From the NCBI GenBank assembly GCA_964617735.1, contig CAZTXT010000001.1, positions 532,776 to 596,775 of the forward strand: 64,000 bases of DNA, given 5' to 3'. The notes beneath the pieces were generated by a model. The model saw nothing but the letters and a program-made list of their open reading frames with translations, was not told the origin of the DNA and did not search any database. The translations under genes were made by a program, and so were the position numbers. Shown one piece after another: positions 46,787-55,359 of this stretch. The stretch is from an uncultured Candidatus Saccharibacteria bacterium (GTDB lineage: Bacteria; Patescibacteriota; Minisyncoccia; Phycocordibacterales; DSPV01). Positions within the stretch are counted from its first letter, which is position 1. The number at the start of each line of letters is the position of its first letter.

Positions 46787-46914
46787 GCTCAATTGATATA
46801 CCTATTTATTTCTCAAGAGCAAGGTTCTTAAGCTATCCCGGAATATCGGCATCAATAGTAGCAGAATCTCGATACCAAGAAAAGCTGACCGAAAACGCAT
46901 TGTAATCCGTTCAT

Positions 46915-46947
46915 TTCATCGAACCATCATCACCCAGCCGGTACATT
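46915..46947 (+). promoter_or_regulatory. OmpR-type direct repeat plus -10 (site 3)
   Basis: TTCAT(46915)-N6-ATCAT(46926)-N11-TACATT(46942), ATG 6 nt later. Confidence 0.6.
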
Positions 46948-46953
46948 TTAATT

Positions 46954-47373
46954 ATGCTGCATGAATCTGAAGCAGCTAAAGAAACGATATATGTTATGAA
47001 TGCTCAATCCCCACCAAACCTTGGATCAAACCCTGGATCAGAGGACAATTCTAACGATGCTGATGAAAACATCGAGAGAGGACCAATCCAACTGATTCCC
47101 GCCCAAAAGAAAGTCTATTATGCCGGAAAAGAGATCGCTCTGACGGCACGGGAGGCCAAGATCTTGGGCTTCTTGATGCAGAATGCCAACAAGATCATCG
47201 AACGCAAGCAGATTCTTGATTACGTCTGGGGAAGCAGCTTCAACCCGTTCAGCAACGTCGTGGATGTGCATATAAAGAACCTCCGACACAAACTCAATGA
47301 TGAAAAAGAGCAACCCTTGATCGAAACTATCTGGGGTTCGGGATATCGGCTTAGGATCCCTGATAAACTATAG
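46954..47373 (+). CDS. stand-alone OmpR-type winged-helix DNA-binding domain (no receiver)
   Basis: LTAREAKIL, VWG, SNVVDVHIKNLRHKL, IETIWGSGY; acidic disordered N-terminus. Confidence 0.85.
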   Translation: MLHESEAAKETIYVMNAQSPPNLGSNPGSEDNSNDADENIERGPIQLIPAQKKVYYAGKEIALTAREAKILGFLMQNANKIIERKQILDYVWGSSFNPFSNVVDVHIKNLRHKLNDEKEQPLIETIWGSGYRLRIPDKL

Positions 47374-47470
47374 CGCGAATGCGGCTTTTATATCCCCCAC
47401 CCTACTCGCGTTCTTTGCATTGTTATGTTAGTATTGAGCAGTCACTGAATTGGAAGATGCTGCACGTCTG

Positions 47471-48637
47471 ATGGCAAAAATCAAAACAACGTTAGCATAT
47501 ATCGGTCTCGGTCTGTTCATCATCGCCTGCGCACTCTCTTTAGCGCAGTTTAATGCGCGTGCAAGCGACGGAGATGAGCGCATTCTGGTCAAATATAAAG
47601 CAGAGAGCTCTGAAGAACAGATCGCGAAATTCGACAAGAAGTTCGGCTCTGATCTAGAAGAAATAATTCCCAAGCTGGGCGTGCGTATCGTAAGCGTTCC
47701 CGCAAACCTCGAGCGCGAAATAATCGGCAAACTCAAAAAGTATGCGCTCGTCGAATATGCCGAACCGGACGCCTTGGCCCAGGCCCTCTTCGTGCCGAAC
47801 GACCCGTATCTCCCCAATGAATGGGGTCTGGTAAATATCCATGCAACCAATGCATGGGATGTCGCTACCGGCACGTCGACAGTTAAGATCGCTATCCTCG
47901 ATACGGGCATCGATTATGACCACGGTGATCTCAAAAGCAAGGTCGTCTCGAACACCAATTTCACTGCCAGCAAATCGGCTACGGACCGCAACGGGCACGG
48001 CACCCATGTCGCCGGCATCGCTGCAGCGACGACGAACAATGCGCGCGGCGTCGCGAGCATCGGCTACTCATCCTCACTGATGAACGTCAAAGTCCTCTCC
48101 GACAACGGGAGCGGCTACTACTCATGGATCGCCAACGGAATAATTTTCGCCGCCGATAACGGCGCAAAAGTCATCAACATGAGCCTGGGCGGGAGCAGTG
48201 CTTCGCAGACCCTACAAGATGCTATCGACTACGCATGGTCAAAAGGCGTCGTGATCGTCGCTGCAGCTGGCAATAACAACAATAGCACGCCGAGCTACCC
48301 CGCATACTACGCCCACGTCATCGCCGTAGGCGCCACCGACGAAAATGACAGTCGCGCCAGCTTCTCTAACTTCGGCGACTGGGTAGATGTCGCGGCTCCT
48401 GGAGTCAATATCCTCTCCACCTATCCGCATATAGGCCGCACGGACCGTTATGCATATCTAAGTGGCACTTCGATGGCTTCGCCCTTCGTCGCCGGCCTTG
48501 CGGCGCTGGTATGGAATACTGCGTCCGGAACCGACAACCAGACCGTCCGAGACCGAATAGAGAACACTGCCGATACGCTCCCGACTTCCTGGACTACACA
48601 CGGCCTCATCGACGCCGCTAAAGCCGTTACGTTTTAA
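47471..48637 (+). CDS. secreted S8 subtilase (thermitase-like)
   Basis: signal plus propeptide; LDTG, HGTHVAG, AAGN, GTSMASP. Confidence 0.95.
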   Translation: MAKIKTTLAYIGLGLFIIACALSLAQFNARASDGDERILVKYKAESSEEQIAKFDKKFGSDLEEIIPKLGVRIVSVPANLEREIIGKLKKYALVEYAEPDALAQALFVPNDPYLPNEWGLVNIHATNAWDVATGTSTVKIAILDTGIDYDHGDLKSKVVSNTNFTASKSATDRNGHGTHVAGIAAATTNNARGVASIGYSSSLMNVKVLSDNGSGYYSWIANGIIFAADNGAKVINMSLGGSSASQTLQDAIDYAWSKGVVIVAAAGNNNNSTPSYPAYYAHVIAVGATDENDSRASFSNFGDWVDVAAPGVNILSTYPHIGRTDRYAYLSGTSMASPFVAGLAALVWNTASGTDNQTVRDRIENTADTLPTSWTTHGLIDAAKAVTF

Positions 48638-48759
48638 GTTCTATCTTCTCAACGCAACGCCATCGATGGGCGTTTTTTACTGGCAGAAATTGACAGAAGT
48701 GTAGCTGGTGTGGTACTATCTTTCTTGGAAAAGATCCACCATCAACGAAAGGATCAAGT

Positions 48760-49170
48760 ATGAAAATCTGTTCTTTGTTAGCTGTTTTGTTGAGCGCATT
48801 AGTAGTATGCAGCTGTAGCACAATCCCTCCCCTAGAATTGGGAAAACTCCCTCGAGATTCAGTAACGATACAAAACTCGACCCGATATCATCTTCATGTG
48901 TACCGAAACGGCGACCCTTGGGTGGTTCCCTACTACGAGGGTACACGCTATAAGCTACCGATCGTAGTCAATCCATGGCAAGTGGTCACGCTATCAAACT
49001 GCACCGCTGCGCGTTTCGGCTCGAGCGTACGCATGGGCCTGCAAGCATTCAGGGTTGGACATGTCGGGTGCGTGGTGTTTGACCAGAAGATCGGACAGAC
49101 CGAAAAGCTGCTGCAGCTGGGCACCAACGCCCCGGCGCATATAGTACGGGTTATGCGAAGGGATTTTTGA
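48760..49170 (+). CDS. putative lipoprotein
   Basis: signal with LVVCSC lipobox-like motif; promoter TTGACA..TACTAT upstream. Confidence 0.55.
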   Translation: MKICSLLAVLLSALVVCSCSTIPPLELGKLPRDSVTIQNSTRYHLHVYRNGDPWVVPYYEGTRYKLPIVVNPWQVVTLSNCTAARFGSSVRMGLQAFRVGHVGCVVFDQKIGQTEKLLQLGTNAPAHIVRVMRRDF

Positions 49171-49295
49171 GACTGGAGTACAAACAATTCAGACAACGAG
49201 AGGAGTGATCCTCTCGTTTTTGTATCTCCCATTATCCACAACCAAACGTACCTCAGCTAAAAAAATGCGATAATGAAGATGCAGTAACACTACCC

Positions 49296-52200
49296 ATGCA
49301 TATACGCCGCGCTTCAGTGTTAGTTTTTTTAGGCATTCTCTCGCTCTTGAGCCTGTCAGCGCTCTTCTTCCTTCTACCTTCCGCTCCCGCACAAGCCGCA
49401 TGCGGCCATACTACCGAGTTTATTCCCTACCCAGACCCAAATGGCCCGGCGTACCTACCCAAAATCGGCTGGTTCGAACCGATCGGAAAATACTACAGTC
49501 CCTTCACCTATACCAATAACCTGCAGACGCCGACGATCCTCCCCCCGCCGGCGAATGGTTCGATGTGGGTCTATTACGATGACTGCGAGAGCTCTCCAAG
49601 CACTTCAACGATCAGCATCGGGGGAACCGATATACGCTGGACTGAAGCCAATACCTCCGGCACGCAATCATACGAGCCTCTGGCAAGCGTGCCGGTCGGC
49701 GGGTTTGGACCTAATCAACCCTACAACAACACCTGCGACCCCAGCAGATATTACTGTTACTGCCATATCTTAGGGAGTATAGCGTGTGTCTTGCAAGAAG
49801 GGTATTCGACCATCGGCTACTCAAATTATAGCGCCGACGGAGACATTCCTGCGGGAGAGCGGCAGACAAATAAGGGCTGGATCACTTCGGTACAAGATAT
49901 AAACCATTCTCTCGCAAGCCTCGTGGGTACCTCGACCCTAGAAGAAGATCAGTGGCTTGATAAGATTTCCCAGGAGAATACCGTGGGAGTCAGGGTGGAT
50001 ACTCCCGGCATCGGCTCCCACGTTTTTGACGTTCCATATACGAATTGCCTCATTGATGACGGAGTGAGCTTTCGAGCTCCCTATCCCGCCGAAATCAACG
50101 ACAAAACAAAAAACAAAGTGGTGTTCGTGCGCGGCAAGAGCGATTCAAATATCAATTATTTTATCACCAATGTTAATAAGGCAATCCAGGACGGTTTCTA
50201 TTCCGTTGACCCATTCAAGACGTATAAAGACAATTTTTCTTTCTATGTTGACCTCGATAAAATAGATGACTCGAACGTGCCCCTTGAAACCGTTTTCTTA
50301 AATGGGACTACTACGAGCTTCTTTCAACCCATTTTTGACACTGTGGTGCGGCTCACTTCAAGCTGCAGCGGGCTGCACGGCGGCACAGGAGATTCCTTTT
50401 ATATCTTCTATGTCGACCAACGCACTAGACCCCAATTATACCCAGGGTACTCTCGCACGGTTGCATATATTGATGATTCTCTCACAGACCTTACTCTAAC
50501 GACGTTGCACGAGTTTGGACATCAATTCGCTTCTCTCAACGATGAATACGAGAAATCAGTATATGGTGTTTTACCCGGAAGTTTCTTCGGGACATCGATT
50601 TTTGCGGAAAACTGTACCTCATTCCCCCGAACTAAATACAGAAATTCTTCAAACAACAAAGTGTACGGTTCACTTCAAAATACAGGGTGTGCATACATCA
50701 GTAATCTACCGGCCCCTAAACCCGATCCGCAGTATTACTTTAGACCCTCCATTGACAGCATTATGCGTTCTACGAGTCCCGCAGGAAGAAAATTCAATAT
50801 CATTGATTGCGGCTACATTATGGCAGCGATGTTTGGAGAGCCACACACCAAAGCTAATGCGGAGAAGTACTGGCCAGCGGTGGCTAAATCGCCCATAGGA
50901 AACATCAAAGGATGCGCGGCAATGGATGTGGATAGCGATGGCGTTCCTCCCCCAAACCTGTCAACTCCTGCATTCACCACTCCTTCCTCTTCGTCTGCAG
51001 CTCCCGGCCAATCGCTTACGGTGACTGGCTCTAACTTCACCCCAACTGACAATGCCGCCCATTTCACGAACATCGACAGCGGGCAGACCCAAGGGATAAG
51101 CATTGCTGACCCGAACTGGAACCTGACCGGTCATTGGGGCTTGGCCTTTGGATATCTGTTCGGAAACGGTGCCGCGGACTCATACCCGGCAAATGATACT
51201 GCAACCGCCACGGCACCGACGCTTAACCTGCTCGCTCACAATGCGGCGCGGCAAGCTACCCTACACTTCACCTCAAGCTGTTCCACTGAAACTTCCGACC
51301 CTGCAACCGGAAATTCCGACTACCTCGCGCTCGAGTGGAGCGGCGACGGTCTGCACTGGGGTCAAACCGCGCGGTGGAACACGTTCACTGACGGCTCTGC
51401 GCCCTCGGTGCATAATCTGCCTATCCCCTCTGCGCTCATAACTTCGAGCTTCGCCTTCCGTTTCCGGTGGGTCACGAATGCAACAGACAATAATCACAAC
51501 GGCTGCGGGATCAAGGATATATCGGTCACTGCTCCCGAACTCTCTTATGAAGTACTCGGCATCCCATCGCCGGATGGCACACACCTCACCTTTAAAATCC
51601 CGACCACGACACCTGATGGCGCAACGACTACCCCCGACGGATTCTCTGCCGTGCCCGTAGCCGGGCAGTATAAGCTCAAGCTCGGCGCATTCAATTCCGA
51701 CTGGTCAAATTCTCTACCGTTCACGATTCTGGGAGGAACCCCGCCGCCCGTACTCAACGCTCTGACTCCTTCTACCAGCGCGGCAGGAAATGCAGTGGAA
51801 CTAGAGGGTCGAAACCTGAAGTCGGGAACGTACGTCACCCTCTCCCGAGCAGGCATTCCGGCACTCACACTAACCGGCGAAAGCCACGCAGGCGGCAAGT
51901 ATTTCGATATCACCCTACCCGCCACTCTTGTAAGCGGAATCTATCAGCTCACCGCGACCAACGGAGGAGTGGCGAGCAACGCCCTTACCCTCACCGTAGT
52001 CGGTCCCCCCACCATCACGCTCTCGGCTTCTCAACTCGCCATTGCTGTAGGACAATCCGTTACGGTTTCGTGGAGCACGACAGACGCCACTACCTGTCAG
52101 GCGACGGTCAATGGCTCCAGCAGCGCGATCGCCCTGTCGGGTACTGCTGTGCTGACGCCGACGACTACCCTCTCCATCTCGCTCACCTGCACCGGTATCG

Positions 52201-53129
52201 GCGGCAGCAACAACAGAAGCATCACCATTACCGTAGTACCACCGCCGACGATCACTCTCTCGGCTACCCCCATCCCGGTCCTTTTGGGTGGAACTGCGAC
52301 AATCTCATGGAGCAGCACTAATGCGACGGGCTGCGCGGCAGCGGGAGCCTGGAGCGGCGCGCTTCCTCCCTCCGGCGCCACCTCCACTGCACAAATCAAC
52401 ACTCCGACCACCCGCACCTACACGCTCACCTGCACCGGAGTGGGTGGTACTACTACCCAGAGCTTTGCCCTACCGGTCGTCTCGCTCACTGCAGTGAGTA
52501 CCGACCAGGGTAGCTACCACGTCGGCAATCCGATGGATATCAACTGGAGAAGCACGAACCTCGCCTCCCCCATCGCCCTCTACCTCTTCGATTACAAAGA
52601 CCTGCACCTGGTGCTTCCCATCGCCTCGAACCTCCCCAACAGCGGCTCGTACACCTGGACCATCTCTGACGCGGTTGATACTGCAAACGACACCATCTAT
52701 CGCATCCGCGTTACCAGCTCCGCCCCGCTCCTCTACACCCAGACTAGCCCGGTGGAGATCCTCCCCGCCCTCCCTTCGATCACCCTCTTAGCGTCGCTCA
52801 AAACCATCGACATCGGCAAGTCCACGACGCTTGACTGGACTACGACACACGCTCTTTCCTGCCAGGGCACCACCGACCGCGGCGACCTGCCCGGCTGGAG
52901 TACTCCAGGACTCTCGGGATCTTTTACCTACACCGCAACTGCCCAAACCGGCCCCAGCATCACCTTCACGCTCACCTGCACGGGAGATGGGGGAACGGCA
53001 AGCCAGTCGGTACAGATTACGGTCAATGCAAGCCCCGCCCGAAACCATTCACCATTGAGCTTCCTCGCCGCACTCGTAGCGGCAGTACAGCGGGTGCTTG
53101 AGGGACTGACGGGCTCACTGTCGCGGTAA
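49296..53129 (+). CDS. large secreted modular protein: M64-like Zn-metallopeptidase + IPT/TIG + Ig-like repeats
   Basis: signal peptide; DPFKTYKDNFSFY, LHEFGHQFASLNDEY, SIM; repeated PPTITLSA...W.STNAT.C...YTLTCTG.GG. Confidence 0.8.
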   Translation: MHIRRASVLVFLGILSLLSLSALFFLLPSAPAQAACGHTTEFIPYPDPNGPAYLPKIGWFEPIGKYYSPFTYTNNLQTPTILPPPANGSMWVYYDDCESSPSTSTISIGGTDIRWTEANTSGTQSYEPLASVPVGGFGPNQPYNNTCDPSRYYCYCHILGSIACVLQEGYSTIGYSNYSADGDIPAGERQTNKGWITSVQDINHSLASLVGTSTLEEDQWLDKISQENTVGVRVDTPGIGSHVFDVPYTNCLIDDGVSFRAPYPAEINDKTKNKVVFVRGKSDSNINYFITNVNKAIQDGFYSVDPFKTYKDNFSFYVDLDKIDDSNVPLETVFLNGTTTSFFQPIFDTVVRLTSSCSGLHGGTGDSFYIFYVDQRTRPQLYPGYSRTVAYIDDSLTDLTLTTLHEFGHQFASLNDEYEKSVYGVLPGSFFGTSIFAENCTSFPRTKYRNSSNNKVYGSLQNTGCAYISNLPAPKPDPQYYFRPSIDSIMRSTSPAGRKFNIIDCGYIMAAMFGEPHTKANAEKYWPAVAKSPIGNIKGCAAMDVDSDGVPPPNLSTPAFTTPSSSSAAPGQSLTVTGSNFTPTDNAAHFTNIDSGQTQGISIADPNWNLTGHWGLAFGYLFGNGAADSYPANDTATATAPTLNLLAHNAARQATLHFTSSCSTETSDPATGNSDYLALEWSGDGLHWGQTARWNTFTDGSAPSVHNLPIPSALITSSFAFRFRWVTNATDNNHNGCGIKDISVTAPELSYEVLGIPSPDGTHLTFKIPTTTPDGATTTPDGFSAVPVAGQYKLKLGAFNSDWSNSLPFTILGGTPPPVLNALTPSTSAAGNAVELEGRNLKSGTYVTLSRAGIPALTLTGESHAGGKYFDITLPATLVSGIYQLTATNGGVASNALTLTVVGPPTITLSASQLAIAVGQSVTVSWSTTDATTCQATVNGSSSAIALSGTAVLTPTTTLSISLTCTGIGGSNNRSITITVVPPPTITLSATPIPVLLGGTATISWSSTNATGCAAAGAWSGALPPSGATSTAQINTPTTRTYTLTCTGVGGTTTQSFALPVVSLTAVSTDQGSYHVGNPMDINWRSTNLASPIALYLFDYKDLHLVLPIASNLPNSGSYTWTISDAVDTANDTIYRIRVTSSAPLLYTQTSPVEILPALPSITLLASLKTIDIGKSTTLDWTTTHALSCQGTTDRGDLPGWSTPGLSGSFTYTATAQTGPSITFTLTCTGDGGTASQSVQITVNASPARNHSPLSFLAALVAAVQRVLEGLTGSLSR

Positions 53130-53178
53130 CAGGGAAAACCCTTGAAAAAATCTTTGGGATGTGTTAAAAGGTAGCACC

Positions 53179-53289
53179 ATGAACCCGAAGAAGATCCTTT
53201 TTCTCGTGCTTGCCCCTCTCTATATACCGATGGCGGTGTTTCTTTTTCTTACCTTCGAATGGTGGAGCAATCTATGGGTTAAGGAATAG
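53179..53289 (+). CDS. 36-aa single-TM small protein (not in the ORF track)
   Basis: MNPKKILFLVLAPLYIPMAVFLFLTFEWWSNLWVKE; AAGG upstream; hairpin downstream. Confidence 0.45.
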   Translation: MNPKKILFLVLAPLYIPMAVFLFLTFEWWSNLWVKE

Positions 53290-53312
53290 AAAAGACCCGT
53301 TTATAGGGCTGA

Positions 53313-53354
53313 TTGAGAAAATCCACTCCGTCTGCATGGGATGGATTTTCTCAA
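53313..53354. terminator. hairpin between convergent genes
   Basis: TTGAGAAAATCCA...TGGATTTTCTCAA. Confidence 0.6.
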
Positions 53355-53362
53355 CGTATTAT

Positions 53363-53698
53363 TTACTTGGAGAAACCGAATGAACGGCGGGCAAGCCGAA
53401 CTTTCCGCACCGCTTCATAGAAAAAATACAGCGACGCAAGGGTAGACGCCCCTAGGAGCACCTGTACCCTCCATTCTGTGTGCAATACCGCCGAGAGTAG
53501 ATATTGCAGAAAGGATCCTGTGGCGAGCATCCCTTCGGCATTGGTATAGATGTTGCCGAAAGAAACCAACATGCTCAAGAGGACGAATGCTCCTCCCACC
53601 ACTGCGGCCTCCACGAGAAACGGCCGCGACATCGAGCGCATGAAAAAGATCAGCCGTACCCGCTGCATGATCGCTTCTAGTAATCGCGATTCGTACAT
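53363..53698 (-). CDS. 2-TM protein, candidate anti-sigma factor
   Basis: starts 1 nt after the ECF sigma stop; two hydrophobic segments. Confidence 0.55.
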   Translation of the reverse strand: MYESRLLEAIMQRVRLIFFMRSMSRPFLVEAAVVGGAFVLLSMLVSFGNIYTNAEGMLATGSFLQYLLSAVLHTEWRVQVLLGASTLASLYFFYEAVRKVRLARRSFGFSK

Positions 53699-53699
53699 A

Positions 53700-54287
53700 T
53701 TATTGTACCGTTATATAAACTTGGGTGAATACTTTGCGTGCGCGGTGAAGCCGCGTCCGTATCGCACCCACCGATACTCGCTCGCGCTCCGCAACATCTT
53801 TGAGACTCTTCCCCAATAACACCAGCTGGCGCAACACTGATGAGAGCTGCTCCGGCATGCGTGAGAGAACGGAAAGGAAGGTATCCCTCGAAAGTCGGTG
53901 TTCCATACCATCGAGGTGTGCCGTTTCAAGAAGCGTCTCATCGAAGGCTTCGGACACATAGATCCGCTCGCGCGCCTTTTTGCGATAAACCGTCAGACAC
54001 GTATTGATGAGAATACGGTACGCCCATGACTGAAAAGACGCACCCGGCACTTTTCTAAACCGCTTGCCGTTGATGTATATTTTCACGAACGCTTCCTGCA
54101 CCGCATCCTCCGCATCCGCGGAAGTTTTCAGGATCGAGCCGGCTTTCCTCAAGAAGGCTGCACGATACCGCGCAACCAGTTCCGCGAACCGCTCCGGATC
54201 GGACTCTATAGATATCTGCAGAAGCTCCTCGTCCCTAAGACGAGCTTTGGCTTCTACTACTGCGCTCTCATTGAGGAGATTGGTCAT
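53700..54287 (-). CDS. ECF RNA polymerase sigma factor
   Basis: DAEDAVQEAF, FQSWAYRI, GAIRTRLHRAR. Confidence 0.92.
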   Translation of the reverse strand: MTNLLNESAVVEAKARLRDEELLQISIESDPERFAELVARYRAAFLRKAGSILKTSADAEDAVQEAFVKIYINGKRFRKVPGASFQSWAYRILINTCLTVYRKKARERIYVSEAFDETLLETAHLDGMEHRLSRDTFLSVLSRMPEQLSSVLRQLVLLGKSLKDVAERERVSVGAIRTRLHRARKVFTQVYITVQ

Positions 54288-54428
54288 GTACCGTACCGCC
54301 CGCCTTGAACCGGAAGGCCAAGGCGGGGCGAAGCGCTAGTAAATTCGACCATATACCCAGTATAACATCTCGTCGCGGCGAAACATTACATAAAAAAGGC
54401 CGCGCAGTCTTTGAGTTTGGCCTCATAG

Positions 54429-54722
54429 TTACTGCGCGGTTTGAACTTTGGGGAAAGAGTCTTGTTGATGGTAGACATAACCCACGACCGTCGATATCTT
54501 CCAACCCCCTCGCGGCTTCGACCTAAGGGGGATGTTGCAGTCGAGGAAATACCCCAGCCTGTCCAGAATAGGCCTGATCAGGTCAGACCCGATGGCCGTC
54601 TCGTCACTGAGATCAGCAATAGAGCGGTGTGGACCAAGCTCTACCACAATGGACTTTACCAATCCCCGCACCCGATTTCGACTAAGGTGCTCGCGGGTAT
54701 GCCCGTTTAAGTTTGGATTCAT
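54429..54722 (-). CDS. hypothetical protein
   Basis: 97-aa ORF; competing overlapping ORFs on the other strand. Confidence 0.3.
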   Translation of the reverse strand: MNPNLNGHTREHLSRNRVRGLVKSIVVELGPHRSIADLSDETAIGSDLIRPILDRLGYFLDCNIPLRSKPRGGWKISTVVGYVYHQQDSFPKVQTAQ

Positions 54723-54822
54723 AAGAGGTACTACACTTTAAAACGCGTCACACAAACGCGTAATTACTGCGCTTATAATACTTAAAGTCTTCCCCCAGTC
54801 AAGTGCGGCCGATGACGAAAGC

Positions 54823-54849
54823 AAAAAACGCCCAACTTGGGCGTTTCTT
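54823..54849 (-). terminator. terminator of the RRM gene
   Basis: AAAAAACGCCCAA-C-TTGGGCGTTT. Confidence 0.7.
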
Positions 54850-54870
54850 GCTAATGTGACCAGCAGAGGC

Positions 54871-55143
54871 TTAGAAGCTTCTGCGAGGCGCCTGCTCGGT
54901 GCGCGGTCGGGCCTCATTGACCCGAAGAGCGCGGCCGTCAAGATCCTTTCCGTCCCACATTTCAATAGCTTTCTGGGCATCGGCATCCTCCATAGTGACG
55001 AAACCGAAACCGCGTGACTTTCCCGTCATGCGATCCGTCATCACCATGGCTTCTGAAACCGATCCAGCTTGGGAAAAAGCATCGCGCAGACCGTTATCAT
55101 CGGTCTTCCACGACAAATTCCCTACATACAACTTTTTAGCCAT
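54871..55143 (-). CDS. RRM RNA-binding protein
   Basis: RNP2 LYVGNL, RNP1 RGFGFVTM. Confidence 0.95.
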   Translation of the reverse strand: MAKKLYVGNLSWKTDDNGLRDAFSQAGSVSEAMVMTDRMTGKSRGFGFVTMEDADAQKAIEMWDGKDLDGRALRVNEARPRTEQAPRRSF

Positions 55144-55359
55144 GAATTGTCTGTCAGTTAACTTTCATAGCGCGACCTTCCCAAATTCGCGCCAATTCAG
55201 GGCCGATATTCGAGAACCACTACGATGCTGCCATTATACATTAAACTCATGAATTTGCAATAGCCTCATCATTGATGTTCAAAAACCCCTTTCCCTGCTT
55301 CACTGATCGCAACAGATCTGTAAGAGACAAAAAACCGTCATTGCGCTACAATCTTGGCT

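Noticed and set aside
46657-46905. 82-aa ORF overlapping the intron as a possible intron-encoded protein
   Set aside because: Antisense to the tRNA and intron, runs through the exon, and has no nuclease motif
49232-49240. Isolated DnaA box as an origin signal
   Set aside because: Single 9-mer with no cluster, AT-rich unwinding element or dnaA gene nearby
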